Assembly: GCA_020445785.1 (NCBI GenBank)
Contig: JAGRFZ010000013.1
Location: 95,628-159,627 of the forward strand
Direction of reading: 5' to 3'
DNA length: 64,000 nucleotides
Origin: Rhodocyclaceae bacterium
Lineage (GTDB): Bacteria > Pseudomonadota > Gammaproteobacteria > Burkholderiales > Rhodocyclaceae
The notes beneath the pieces were generated by a model, which was given only the letters and a program-made list of their open reading frames with translations, did not search any database and had not been told where the DNA came from. This document shows positions 19,466-30,076 of this stretch, piece after piece. The position numbers were made by a program, and so were the translations under genes. How positions within the stretch are numbered: position 1 is the stretch's first letter; every line of letters begins with the position of its first letter.

Positions 19466-20580
19466 GTGGATTCAACATCCAAGCGCACCACTGCCTGGTT
19501 TTTTTGGCGGACATGAGAAGCGGTGCTGGTAGTGTGGCAGTGCGACCCACACACGCTACCTGGAGCCACTCCTCATGTCCTACAAGCAGCTTACTCTAGA
19601 AGAGCGCTACGTCATCTATCATCTGAGGGTGTCCGATCTCAGCATACGGGAGATCGCAAGGCGGCTCGGACGGCACCACAGCACGATCAGCCGGGAGCTC
19701 AAGCGCAACCGGCCGCCGGCCGCGAGCCACTGGGTGTACTTCCATGAGGTTGCCCATCAGTTTGCGCTAGCCCGGCGCAAGCAAGCCAGACACCATCGCC
19801 GCCGTGGGCACGCGCCGCTCGTGGATTACGTAGAGCAAGGATTGCGTTCGCATTACTCACCGGATGTCATTGCGGCACGGATTACGATGCAATACCCAAG
19901 CGATGTTCAGATGCGCGTGAGCATCGAGACAATCTATCGCTGGGTCTATCGCGATGCGGCCGATGGCGGTCAGCTCTTTCGTTGCCTGTGTCGCGGTCAC
20001 AAGAAGCGTCGCAGGCAACGCCGGTACGGCAGCGGGCGCGGACTGATTCCTGGGCGCGTGAGCATTCATGATCGGCCAGAATTGGTTGGAACTCGCCATC
20101 GGTACGGGGACTGGGAGGGCGATACGGTCGAAGGAGCCAAAGGCACGGGACAGATCACCACTCACGTTGAACGCAAGAGCCGGTATCTGATCGCAGCGCG
20201 CCTTGATGACAAAACGGCACGAGAGACAGCGGACGCGGTGAGTCGCCTCTTTCGGCGCATTCCCCGCAGTTGCAGACACACGCTCACGCTGGATAACGGC
20301 AAAGAGTTTGCACGTTTCGGCGACATCGAAAAAAGGACCGGCCTATCGGTCTATTTTGCCGACCCCTATTCGGCATGGCAGCGGGGAGCCAATGAAAACA
20401 CCAATGGATTATTGCGCCGCTATTTCCCCAAGGGATCCGACTTCAGCAAGATCAGCGACAAAGAACTTGCCGCTGTCGTCAAAAGGATTAATCATCGACC
20501 CCGCAAATGCCTCGGCTACCGATCGCCTCATGAAGTCTTTCAGGAAGCCAAGCGTGGTGCGGTTGGAATGTGAATCCACC
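19465..20580 (+). mobile_element. IS30 family insertion sequence (1116 bp)
   Basis: Terminal inverted repeats GGTGGATTCAACATCCAAGCGCACCAC / GTGGTGCGGTTGGAATGTGAATCCACC (23/27 match); no flanking direct repeat. Confidence 0.93.
19575..20573 (+). CDS. IS30 family transposase
   Basis: HTH STISRELKRN, GDWEGDTV, TLDNGKEF, WQRGANENTNGLLR, NHRPRKCLGY. Confidence 0.96.
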   Translation: MSYKQLTLEERYVIYHLRVSDLSIREIARRLGRHHSTISRELKRNRPPAASHWVYFHEVAHQFALARRKQARHHRRRGHAPLVDYVEQGLRSHYSPDVIAARITMQYPSDVQMRVSIETIYRWVYRDAADGGQLFRCLCRGHKKRRRQRRYGSGRGLIPGRVSIHDRPELVGTRHRYGDWEGDTVEGAKGTGQITTHVERKSRYLIAARLDDKTARETADAVSRLFRRIPRSCRHTLTLDNGKEFARFGDIEKRTGLSVYFADPYSAWQRGANENTNGLLRRYFPKGSDFSKISDKELAAVVKRINHRPRKCLGYRSPHEVFQEAKRGAVGM

Positions 20581-20901
20581 CCCCCCGTAGCAACCAAGTG
20601 GGTCAGGTCTCGTTTTCTAATCCTCACCAAAGGCGTTTAATATTGAGCTACTCTTGTTCCGCATCGAGTTTCCAGGTCTGTCATGGTGCGATGTCGCGCG
20701 AACGCTTGGGGTCACCGCAATGCAGGGGATTCAGATTGCCATCTTTCGGCGCCATTGCTTGTTAGCATTCAGGTCTTGCGCCCTGCGGGAGGCAATGGGG
20801 TCAGGTCTCTCCTAGTATCCAGCGCCGATCTCGCCTACTCTTGATCCATTGGTGCGCATTTCCCAATCGAGCTTCCCGGCACCGTTCTCCAGGCAAGGCC
20901 C

Positions 20902-21243
20902 ATGGACCCCATCTCCGACTTCCTGACCTCCTACGACGAACGCGTGGCGGGCATCGTCGAGCGGCCTCGCAAGGCCGTAGTCCGGTGTGTGCCGGACGCA
21001 GAGGAGCAACTTCAGACAGGCTGGAAGTGCATCACCTATCGCCGCGGTAAGCGGTTCTGTTCAATCTGTCCGCACGAGAAGTGGGTGAGCCTGCAGTTTC
21101 AACGTGGCGCAGAGTTGACAGACGCGGCAGGCTTGCTGACAGGCACCGGGAAGTCCATGCGGCATGTGCGGATCGCCTCGCACGAAGCGATCGATGACGG
21201 CGTCGCCGGGTTGCTGCGGCAGGCCTCGGACTTCGCGCTGTGA
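20902..21243 (+). CDS. DUF1801 family protein
   Basis: WKCITY..FCSI and L.F.RGAELTD..GLLTGTGKSMRHVRI motifs. Confidence 0.75.
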   Translation: MDPISDFLTSYDERVAGIVERPRKAVVRCVPDAEEQLQTGWKCITYRRGKRFCSICPHEKWVSLQFQRGAELTDAAGLLTGTGKSMRHVRIASHEAIDDGVAGLLRQASDFAL

Positions 21244-21343
21244 CACCGCGTTCGAAGCGCGGGGTTCGATCGGATCCAGCCTTTCCTAATTCGGCCTGGG
21301 GCCGTGGCACCGATGCACGGCCTCGCGCCGGCCATCGGAATCG

Positions 21344-21655
21344 CTAATCGTGGACGATCTCGCCCGCGAGATTGTCCACGACGACGGGCGTTTCGAAGAA
21401 CTGGCTTTCCGGTTCGGCGCCGTATCGCACCCTGACCTTCTCTCGAAACGCCGGGCCGTGCCACTTCTCGGCGTGCGCACGCGTCCTCCAGAGATAGACA
21501 CCGCCGGCAACGCCGTTCTCGGCATCGTAGAGGTAGTTCTTTCTGATCAGATCCGGATTCTGCTGCCACGTCGGCGCGGTCTGTTCGAAATTGCGAAATA
21601 CCTCTTCCCGTGACGCACCCTCGGGCAATCGGAATGTGACGATTTCGGTGATCAT
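21344..21655 (-). CDS. YdhR-like putative monooxygenase (dimeric alpha+beta barrel)
   Basis: LIRKNYL..GVAGGVYLW and FETPVVVDN motifs. Confidence 0.75.
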   Translation of the reverse strand: MITEIVTFRLPEGASREEVFRNFEQTAPTWQQNPDLIRKNYLYDAENGVAGGVYLWRTRAHAEKWHGPAFREKVRVRYGAEPESQFFETPVVVDNLAGEIVHD

Positions 21656-21844
21656 GCGCTCTTCCCTCATGGTCGCGATCCGCTCATCATAGATGGCATC
21701 GGTACGCTCGGAAACGCGGCCATCCGCATTCGGCCCGGCCCGCATCGGGCGCGGAGGCACCGTGGGGGACCCTGCCATGGCCCGCGCGTTCGACCAAGCG
21801 TCCCGACCCCTCCAATCCAGAACCGATCAATACTGTACATGCCC

Positions 21845-22399
21845 ATGGAAGGCAGGTTGTCGAAGTGGAACGACGAACGCGGATTCGGTTTCATCACACC
21901 CGAACGCGGCGGTGGTGAAGTCTTCGTTCATATTTCGGCCTTCCCGAAGGATGGCGTTCGCCCGAACCCCGGGGAATTGCTCCGATTCGAGATCGAGACC
22001 GACCGTAGCGGCAGGCGACGGGCGCAAAAGGTCGTCTACGCGGAGCGGGCGGCGGCCGCTCGGCCTTCGTCGCGACGACGGTCGGGGCGTCCTCGCCGCG
22101 GCGCCGGTCCGGGCATTCTCTCCCGAGCCGTCACGCTGCTGCTGGTTGCGGGCCTGGGCATCGTTGCGTACGAGGAATATTTCGGTGGCGGCTTGCCGGC
22201 CGGCGAATCCGCAATGGTGCAGAGTTCCGAGAACACGCCGTCTCCTTATCGCTGCGACGGACGCACTTACTGTTCCCAGATGACGTCCTGCGCCGAGGCC
22301 ACCTATTTCCTGCGCAACTGCCCCGGCGTCAAGATGGACGGCAACCATGATGGTGTGCCCTGCGAGCAGCAATGGTGCACCGGCCCCTTCCCAGACTGA
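21845..22399 (+). CDS. Cold-shock domain + TM + Excalibur Ca-binding domain protein
   Basis: KWNDERGFGFI..VFVHISAF; CDGRTYCSQMTSCAEA..DGNHDGVPCE. Confidence 0.9.
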   Translation: MEGRLSKWNDERGFGFITPERGGGEVFVHISAFPKDGVRPNPGELLRFEIETDRSGRRRAQKVVYAERAAAARPSSRRRSGRPRRGAGPGILSRAVTLLLVAGLGIVAYEEYFGGGLPAGESAMVQSSENTPSPYRCDGRTYCSQMTSCAEATYFLRNCPGVKMDGNHDGVPCEQQWCTGPFPD

Positions 22400-22419
22400 G
22401 CGAGGGAGCGTGACGGCGA

Positions 22420-24210
22420 TCAGGCGCGCGATTGGCACCACGCCCGCCACATCCCCCGCCAGGCCTGCTCCAGCTCTCCGGCAAAGCGCGCACCGTCACA
22501 CAGCGGCGAGGCGGACAGGCGGTCGCGCAGGCCGGCGCGCAGCTTCGCCAGTTCGTCGAGGCGGCCGGCCAAGGCGACGGCCCTTTCGACGTAGGCGGCG
22601 CGGTCCGGTGCGATCCAGTCTTCGAGGCCGAGTGCGTGGAGCAGCATCTCGCCCTGGTGGGCGATGAAGCGGTCGCCGCGCAGGCCCAGCGTCGGCACGC
22701 CCATCCAGCTCGCCTCCAGGGTGGTCAGGCCGCCCGGGAACGGGAAGCTGTCGAGGGCCACGTCCACCTCGCCATAGGCGGCAAGGTGCTCGTCGCGACC
22801 GGTGCGGCCGAGCAGGTGCAGCCGCTCGGCGCCGATACCGCGCTCGGCGAGCTGGCCGGTGAGCGCACCGGCGACCTCGGGCTGCTCGATGCCGGCGGCC
22901 TTGATCACCAGCCGTGAGCCGGGCAGTCGCGTCAGGATCTCGCTCCAACAGTCGAGCACCGGCGCCACCAGCTTGGCCAGCGCGCCGAAGAAGCCGAACG
23001 AGAGCGCGCCGCGGCTGACGGCCGGCAGCGGCGCCACGGCCACCGCCTCGGTCGGCGGCGAGAAGCTGTAGTAGGTGCGGGGCAGGCGCCAGGCGCGCTC
23101 GCAGAAGTGGGTTTCCTCATCCTCGGGCAGCACCATCGGATCACCGACGAAGTAGTCGATCGCCGCGATGCCGGTGGTGGCGAAATAGCCGAGCCAGCTC
23201 GCCTGCACCGGGGCCGGTCGCAAGGCGAACAGCGGCAGGCGATTGTGGGCGGTGTGGCCGGAGAGATCCACCAGCAGGTCGATGCGGTCCTCGCGCACGC
23301 GCTCGAAGAGCTGCCGGTCGTCGAGCCGCTCGACCTGTCGCCAGGCCGCCACCGAGCCTTGCAGGGCGGCGCTGACCTCGTCGTCCGCCGAACGGTTGGC
23401 GTAGGCGACCACCTCGGTCCGCTGCCGGTCGAGGCCCGGCAGCACGTCCCGCAGCAAGTAGCCCACCGGGTGGCGGCGCAGATCGCCCGACACCAGCCCG
23501 ACCCGGATCGGGCGCTCGGGGTCGGGCGGATTCGGCCAGGCATGGGTCGGCCGGGCCGAGGCGGCGACGATCGCGCCGTAGTGTTCGGCGGCGGCGCGCA
23601 TCTCGGCCGGTGTCGCGCGCTCGGAATAGTTGAGCGCAAACAGCAGGTTGTCGGCGGCCACCAGAAAACCGGGCCGACAGCGCAGCGCGGCGCGGTAGCT
23701 GGCGATCGCCTCGTCGAGTCGACCCGGGATGCCGAACAGGGCGTGACCGAGGTTGTTGTGGGCCTCGGCCGTCTCCGGCGCAATTTCCAGGGCCTGCCGA
23801 AACTCGGCGATGGCCGCGTCGCGGCGGCCCATGTCCATCAGCACGTTGCCGAAATTCATGCGGAACAGGGGGTGGCGCGGATGGCGCGCGACGGCCCGTT
23901 GCAGCGCCTGGTGGGCATCGGCGAGCTCGCCGGTGTCGCGCAGCGCATTGCCGAGATTGGCCAGTGTCTCGGCGTCGTCCGGCAACAGCGCTGCCGCCCG
24001 CCGCAACGCCGGCAGCGGATCGCGCCCCGACAACTGACAGGCGACACCGAGGGCCTTCCAGCCGAAGGCGAAGTCCGGCCAGCGCCGCACATGGCGATCG
24101 GCGGCCGCCTTCAGTTCCGCCGGCCGACCGGCCTGGAACAGGGCCACGAGTTCGCGCTGGGCGTCGCCGCGGCTGCGGCCGCCGCGGGGAGACTTGCTTC
24201 GGGATGCCAT
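22420..24210 (-). CDS. TPR-containing O-GlcNAc transferase-like protein (GT41, SPINDLY-like)
   Basis: TPR repeats; RVGLVSGDLRRHPVG, DLSGHT, APVQASWLGY, LDSFPFPGGLTTLEA. Confidence 0.9.
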   Translation of the reverse strand: MASRSKSPRGGRSRGDAQRELVALFQAGRPAELKAAADRHVRRWPDFAFGWKALGVACQLSGRDPLPALRRAAALLPDDAETLANLGNALRDTGELADAHQALQRAVARHPRHPLFRMNFGNVLMDMGRRDAAIAEFRQALEIAPETAEAHNNLGHALFGIPGRLDEAIASYRAALRCRPGFLVAADNLLFALNYSERATPAEMRAAAEHYGAIVAASARPTHAWPNPPDPERPIRVGLVSGDLRRHPVGYLLRDVLPGLDRQRTEVVAYANRSADDEVSAALQGSVAAWRQVERLDDRQLFERVREDRIDLLVDLSGHTAHNRLPLFALRPAPVQASWLGYFATTGIAAIDYFVGDPMVLPEDEETHFCERAWRLPRTYYSFSPPTEAVAVAPLPAVSRGALSFGFFGALAKLVAPVLDCWSEILTRLPGSRLVIKAAGIEQPEVAGALTGQLAERGIGAERLHLLGRTGRDEHLAAYGEVDVALDSFPFPGGLTTLEASWMGVPTLGLRGDRFIAHQGEMLLHALGLEDWIAPDRAAYVERAVALAGRLDELAKLRAGLRDRLSASPLCDGARFAGELEQAWRGMWRAWCQSRA

Positions 24211-24380
24211 GTCGAACGCGCCGGGTTGGTGGAGCCAGCGCCGAACTATGGCAGTTCGGCGCTGGTCTGCAAAGCGGCGCCGCCCGGCGCGCTGCGCGCA
24301 CCCGTGCGCGACCTCGGCGAAAAATGGTTGCATCATGACGGCACGGCAGCCGGCGCCGGCTGCGAGCTGCGGAATCCCAG

Positions 24381-27371
24381 GTGCCATCGACCGCGATCAA
24401 ATTCCGGGTGCATGTCTTCGCCACTATGCTGCTGGCGAGTTTCGTGGTGTCGTTGGTGGCGATCTTCCTGCTGTTCGCCACCGGACGCTTCGGCCGGATG
24501 GCCGAAGACAATGCCGAGGCGATCTTCTCGCGCATGGCCGATGCCCAGGCGCAGAAGCTGGCGGGCCTGGTGCGCTCGGCGACCCACGCGGTCGAGACGG
24601 TCGCGCGCATGCCGGCCGACGACTATCGCGCGACCGGCGCCGATTCTTCGATGGCGGCTCTGCTGCGGGCGCTGGTGAGCGTCAATCCGGCCCTCTACGG
24701 CGCCTATTTCGGCTTGGCCGACGGCAGCTTCTTCCAGGTGATCGGCTTCGCCAGCGATTCCCACGCCGCCGGCCGGCTGGGCGCCCCCGAGGCGGCCCGC
24801 TTCGCGCTGCGCAGCATCGACGGATCGCGGCGCGGGGCGGGCGAACACTGGTACTTCATCGCCGAGGACGGCAGCGTCCTCGAGCGACGCAGCAACCCCA
24901 GCGACTACGATCCGCGCAGCCGGCCGTGGTATGTCGACGCGCCCGGCGGCGGTGCGCTGGGGCTCACCGACCCCTATCGCTTCCAATCTTCGTCGGCCCT
25001 CGGCGTCACCCTGGTGCGTCGAATCGGGGCGGCGGACGGCGTCGTCGGCGTCGACCTGTCGCTCGCGTCGTTGAGCGAGTTCGTGCGTCGGAGCGTGCGC
25101 GACCAGCCGGGCGGCAGCCTCGTGCTCGACGACCAGCGACGCATCCTGGCGAGTGCCGGCCGGCTGCCGGCCGACGGCGGCCGGGCCGAGCCGCTGACCC
25201 GCCTCGGCGAATCCGGCCAGCCCTTCCTCGCGGCGTTGCAACAGCGGCTCGCGGCCGGCGACCGGCCCGAACTGCTGGAAATCGGGGGCCGGCGCTACCT
25301 GCTGGCGGTGCGCGAGGTGCCGCTGGCGCCACGCCTGAGCTATCGCGTGGTGTCCTACGCGCCGCTCGAGCACTTCGCAGCGCCGGTGCTGGCGGTGCGC
25401 GACCAGATCATCGCGCTGTCGACGGCGGCACTGGCGATCGCGCTGCCGCTGGCCTACGGCGTGTCGCGGCGGGCCTCGCGGGCGCTCGATCGGCTGGCGG
25501 AAGATTCCGAGCGGGTGCGCGAACTCGATTTCAGCGGCGATACCAAGGTCGAGTCGATGTTCTACGAGATCGACGTGCTCGGCGACGCCCACCGCACCAT
25601 GAAGCACTCGCTGCGGGAACGCACCGAGGCGCTCAAGCTGGCCCGCGACAAGCTCTCGAGCCTGGTGGACAGCGGCCTCGCCTTGGCCGCCGTACACGAC
25701 AGCGACCGCCTGTTGGCGAGCATTCTGCTGACCGGCAAGCGGCTGGCCAATGCCGACGCCGGCACGCTCTACCTGGCCACCCCCCGCGACAGTCTGCGTT
25801 TTGCGCTGCGCACCCGAGACGACGGCCTGCCGGCAAACGAGATCCCGCTCCACGACCCGGCGAGCGGCGAGCCGAACCAGCATTTCGCTTCGGTACACGC
25901 AGCACTCAACCGCCGCACGGTGGTGATCGACGACCTGCGCAGCGAAGACCGCTTCGACGTCAGCGGCGCACTGGATTTCGACGAGGCCACCGGCTACTAC
26001 ACGGTGAGCCAGGTCAGCGTGCCGATGATCGCCGCCAGCGGCGAGCTGCTCGGCGTGATGCAACTCATCAACGCCCTCGACCCCGACAGTGGCGAGCCGG
26101 TGCCCTTCGATCCGGAGATCGTCAAGTTCGTCGAGGCGCTGGCCGCCCAGGCGGCGATGGCGCTGGACAACCACCACCTGCTGGAAAGCCAGCGCGAGAT
26201 GATGGATTCGCTGATCCGCATCATCGCCGGCGCGATCGACGCCAAGAGCGCCTACACCGGCGGCCATTGCGAGCGGGTGCCCGAACTGGCGGTGATGCTG
26301 GCGGAGGCCGCGTGCGCGGAGGAGCAGGGGCCGCTCGCCGGCTTTAGCTTCGCCGATGCCGACGAGTGGCGCGAATTCCGCATCGGCGCCTGGCTGCACG
26401 ATTGCGGCAAGGTCACGACGCCGGAGTACGTGGTCGACAAGGCGACCAAGCTGGAGACCTTGTACAACCGCATCCACGAAGTCCGCACCCGTTTCGAGGT
26501 GCTGCTGCGCGACGCCCGCATCGAGCAGCTCGAGGCGCGGCTGTCGGGAACGGACGCCGAAACCTGCGCCCGCCGCTTCGATGCCCGAGCCGCACAATTG
26601 CAGGACGATTTCGCCTTCGTCGCGGCCTGCAACATCGGCGGCGAGAGCATTTCGGCGTCGTGCCTGGTGCGCCTCGAACACATCGCCGCGCAGACCTGGC
26701 AGCGCCATTTCGACGATCGGCTCGGGCTGTCCCACGAGGAGGCGGCGCGCCACGCCCAGAGCCCGGCACCGAGCCTGCCGGCGTCCGAGACGCTGCTCGC
26801 CGACAAGGCGCACCACCGCATCGAGCGACCGGTGCCGATGGCCGACGATCCGGCGCTGGGCCTCAACATGGCGGTGCCCGACCTGCTCTACAACCTCGGC
26901 GAACGCTACAACCTGTCGGTCGCTCGCGGCACCCTGACCAGCGAGGAGCGTTTCAAGGTGAACGAGCACATCATCCAGACCATCCTCATGCTCGACCGGC
27001 TGCCGTTGCCGAAGAACCTGCAGCGCGTGCCCGAGTATGCGTCGACCCACCACGAGACCCTGACCGGCACCGGCTATCCCCGCGGCCTGGTGGCGGCACA
27101 ACTGTCGATTCCGGCCCGGATCATGGCGATCGCCGATATCTTCGAGGCCCTGACCGCGTCGGACCGCCCCTACAAGGAGGGCAAGCGCCTGTCCGAGGCA
27201 GTCGCCATGCTGGCCGAATTCCGCGATCGCGGCCACATCGACCACGATCTGTTCGCGCTGTTCCTGCGCCGGGGCGTCCATCTTCGCTACGCCGAGCGCT
27301 ATCTGTCTGCCGCCCAGATCGACGAGGTCGATGTCGCCCGCTTCGTCGATACCGACGTGGCCCGAAGCTGA
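24381..27371 (+). CDS. Membrane Cache-HAMP-GAF-HD-GYP cyclic dinucleotide phosphodiesterase
   Basis: YDPRSRPWY, GHCERV, LHDCGK, HHETLTGTGYP, ADIFEALTASDRPYK. Confidence 0.92.
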   Translation: MPSTAIKFRVHVFATMLLASFVVSLVAIFLLFATGRFGRMAEDNAEAIFSRMADAQAQKLAGLVRSATHAVETVARMPADDYRATGADSSMAALLRALVSVNPALYGAYFGLADGSFFQVIGFASDSHAAGRLGAPEAARFALRSIDGSRRGAGEHWYFIAEDGSVLERRSNPSDYDPRSRPWYVDAPGGGALGLTDPYRFQSSSALGVTLVRRIGAADGVVGVDLSLASLSEFVRRSVRDQPGGSLVLDDQRRILASAGRLPADGGRAEPLTRLGESGQPFLAALQQRLAAGDRPELLEIGGRRYLLAVREVPLAPRLSYRVVSYAPLEHFAAPVLAVRDQIIALSTAALAIALPLAYGVSRRASRALDRLAEDSERVRELDFSGDTKVESMFYEIDVLGDAHRTMKHSLRERTEALKLARDKLSSLVDSGLALAAVHDSDRLLASILLTGKRLANADAGTLYLATPRDSLRFALRTRDDGLPANEIPLHDPASGEPNQHFASVHAALNRRTVVIDDLRSEDRFDVSGALDFDEATGYYTVSQVSVPMIAASGELLGVMQLINALDPDSGEPVPFDPEIVKFVEALAAQAAMALDNHHLLESQREMMDSLIRIIAGAIDAKSAYTGGHCERVPELAVMLAEAACAEEQGPLAGFSFADADEWREFRIGAWLHDCGKVTTPEYVVDKATKLETLYNRIHEVRTRFEVLLRDARIEQLEARLSGTDAETCARRFDARAAQLQDDFAFVAACNIGGESISASCLVRLEHIAAQTWQRHFDDRLGLSHEEAARHAQSPAPSLPASETLLADKAHHRIERPVPMADDPALGLNMAVPDLLYNLGERYNLSVARGTLTSEERFKVNEHIIQTILMLDRLPLPKNLQRVPEYASTHHETLTGTGYPRGLVAAQLSIPARIMAIADIFEALTASDRPYKEGKRLSEAVAMLAEFRDRGHIDHDLFALFLRRGVHLRYAERYLSAAQIDEVDVARFVDTDVARS

Positions 27372-27660
27372 CGGCCGGAGGCGTGCGGCGGCGCGGCGGC
27401 GAGGTGCGCCCGGCCCGCAACGGAATCAGCCCGTGCGCCATGCCACGCCCCCGGTCGGACCGCGCTAAAGTTTGGCGTCGGCGGACTCGATAGACTTCGG
27501 ACGACGCCGGCAAGGCGTGTGTGGGCGCGCCCGTGCGCCACCGGACCCGATGTCACAGACCGCAACCCGATCGATTCGCTGGCAAGGCCACCTCCGACCG
27601 CCTTCCCGCCCGGGCGAGAGCCGGCGCGCACCCGCGCGCGGCTGACCGATGTCCTGTGTG

Positions 27661-30045
27661 ATGCGCCTGCCGGACGAACTTCGCGCCAGCCTGATCCACG
27701 AAGCCTACGCCCAGAGCCGCGGAGGCATCGTGATTACCGCGCTGGCGGTGGCCGGCGTCTTCGGCGTGCATTGGTTGAACACCGGCGAGGTGCTGGCACC
27801 GGCCTGGCTGCTGGCGATGGCGTCGCTGATCGCGCTGCGCGGCGGCGTCGTTCTCGATTTTCTCAGGAACGGTCGGCGACGCCCGCTGGCGACGCGCGAA
27901 TCCCTATTCACGTTGCCGCTGCTGGCCACGTCCATCCTTTGGGCAGTCCTTGCGCCGTTGGTATTCCCATCCGCCGACGCGGCCGAGCAGCTCGCCCTGG
28001 TGTGCATCTTCGCCGGCATGGCCGGCGGCGCGGCGACGGTGCTCGCACCGGTCAAGTGGAGCGCGCGGATCTACATCTTCTGCATGCTGGTGCCGGCTTC
28101 GGTGATGATCTACCGAACGCCGGTGACCGGCCCGGTGCTGTGCTATCTCGGGCTGTTCTTCACGCTGGTGATGCTGGTCGCCCACCACCAGGCGCGGCGG
28201 CTGCTGGTGACCAGCCAGGCCCGCCTGCTGGAGAACCAGAACCTGCTCGACGAAGTGCACCGCCACCGCGGCGAGCTGGCACACCTGAACCGGCAACTGC
28301 TCGACGCCCAGAACGATCTGCTGGCCCACAACAGCGAACTCGAACAACAGGTGTCGGATCGAACCGAGCGCATGCGGCTGGCACTGGCGGCGATCGAAAA
28401 CACCGCCGAGGGCGTCATCGTCGCCGGCGCCGACGGCACCATCGTACAGGTGAACCCGGCATTCACCCGGATCACCGGCTACCCGGCGGAAGATGCCCTC
28501 GGGCAGCCGCTGAGCATGCTGCGTTCGAGCCGCCAGGACAGCGCCTGCTACCGCCGCATCGAAGAGCAGCTGCGGGATCGCGGACGCTGGGAGGGCGAAC
28601 TGTGGAGCCGGCGTCGCGACGGTAGCGAGTTCCTCGAACGGCGCACCGTCGACGCGGTACGCGACGCCGACGGCGACACCACCCACTACGTCACGGTGTT
28701 CAACGACACCACCGGCGACTACCACCTCGACCAGCAGTTGCGTCACCAGGCGCTGCACGACCCGCTGACCGGCCTCGGCAACCGCAGCCTGCTCTCGGAG
28801 CGGCTCGAGGAGGGCATCGAGCAGGCAACGCGCGACCGCACCCGGCTGGGATTGCTGTTCTTCGACCTCGACCAGTTCAAGGCGGTCAACGACAATCTCG
28901 GCCATCACACCGGCGATGCGTTGCTGCAGGCCGTGGCCGGGCGGCTGGCCCACTGCCTGAAGGCCACCGACACACTGGTGCGGGTCGGTGGCGACGAGTT
29001 CGTGGTGGTGGCGACGCGGGTCCACGGCGCCGGCGACTGCGCACGGCTGGCGCGGCGCCTGCTGGACAGCTTCACCGAGCCTTTCGTCTTTCCGGACACC
29101 CGCATCCACATGCGCAGCTCGCTCGGCATCTCGCTGTTTCCCGACGATGCGCGCACCGCAGAGGACTTGCTGAAGAACGCCGACATGGCGCTTTACGCCG
29201 CCAAGGGCGCCGGTCGAAACACCTTCGCCTTCTTCGACGCTCGGTTGGCGACCCAGGCGCGCGAACGGCTGGACATGGAGGTGGCGCTGCGCGAGGCCCT
29301 GGATGCGGGCGAGATGGCGCTCCACTATCAGGCCAAGGTCGCGGCCAGCGATCGCCGGGTGGTCGGATTCGAGGCCCTGCTGCGCTGGCACAGCGGCGAA
29401 CTCGGGCCGGTGCCGCCGGATCGCTTCATACCGGTGGCCGAGGACGCCGGCCTGATCGGCAGCCTCGGCGCCTGGGTGCTGGCCGAGAGCTGCCGCCAGA
29501 TCGCCGCTTGGCATCGGCTCGGACACGGCTGGCAACGGGTGGCGATCAACGTCTCGGCGCGCCAACTGTTCACCGACGACCTGCCGCACCTGGTGGAGAC
29601 CCTGACTGCGGAACACCGCATCAGCCCGACCCTGCTGGAGGTCGAGGTCACCGAGACCTTCGTCATGAACAACCCGGAACAAGCGATGCCGATCCTCGCG
29701 CAGCTCAGGGCGCTCGGCGTGCGCATCGCCATCGACGACTTCGGCACCGGCCATTCGAGCCTGGCCTACCTGCGGCGTCTGCCCGCCGACGAACTGAAGA
29801 TCGACCGCAGCTTCGTGGCCGAAGCCGACGGCGACGCGACGATGCGCTCGATCATCGAGACCATCATTTCGTTGGCGCGCACCCTCGGCCTGTCGGTGGT
29901 CGCCGAGGGCATCGAAACCGAAACCCAGGCCCGCCTGCTGACCGAGGCCGGCTGCGACGTCCTCCAAGGGCATCTGTTCGCAATGCCACTGCCGGCCCAT
30001 CGCATCCGCCCCTGCGCGGACCCGGCAGCGGCGGACGAGGATTGA
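27661..30045 (+). CDS. Membrane PAS-GGDEF-EAL protein
   Basis: N-terminal TM segments, NPAFTRITGY, HDPLTGLGNR, GGDEF, FEALLRW, DDFGTGHSSL. Confidence 0.93.
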   Translation: MRLPDELRASLIHEAYAQSRGGIVITALAVAGVFGVHWLNTGEVLAPAWLLAMASLIALRGGVVLDFLRNGRRRPLATRESLFTLPLLATSILWAVLAPLVFPSADAAEQLALVCIFAGMAGGAATVLAPVKWSARIYIFCMLVPASVMIYRTPVTGPVLCYLGLFFTLVMLVAHHQARRLLVTSQARLLENQNLLDEVHRHRGELAHLNRQLLDAQNDLLAHNSELEQQVSDRTERMRLALAAIENTAEGVIVAGADGTIVQVNPAFTRITGYPAEDALGQPLSMLRSSRQDSACYRRIEEQLRDRGRWEGELWSRRRDGSEFLERRTVDAVRDADGDTTHYVTVFNDTTGDYHLDQQLRHQALHDPLTGLGNRSLLSERLEEGIEQATRDRTRLGLLFFDLDQFKAVNDNLGHHTGDALLQAVAGRLAHCLKATDTLVRVGGDEFVVVATRVHGAGDCARLARRLLDSFTEPFVFPDTRIHMRSSLGISLFPDDARTAEDLLKNADMALYAAKGAGRNTFAFFDARLATQARERLDMEVALREALDAGEMALHYQAKVAASDRRVVGFEALLRWHSGELGPVPPDRFIPVAEDAGLIGSLGAWVLAESCRQIAAWHRLGHGWQRVAINVSARQLFTDDLPHLVETLTAEHRISPTLLEVEVTETFVMNNPEQAMPILAQLRALGVRIAIDDFGTGHSSLAYLRRLPADELKIDRSFVAEADGDATMRSIIETIISLARTLGLSVVAEGIETETQARLLTEAGCDVLQGHLFAMPLPAHRIRPCADPAAADED

Positions 30046-30076
30046 CGCCGCCGGGCTTTGCGCCCACCATGGCAAC

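Noticed and set aside
20755-21300. DUF1801 gene as a further cassette (GTTAGCA upstream; TGTGACACCGCGTTCGAAG downstream)
   Set aside because: No complementary R''/R' pair or complete attC stem, and the GC content is host-like
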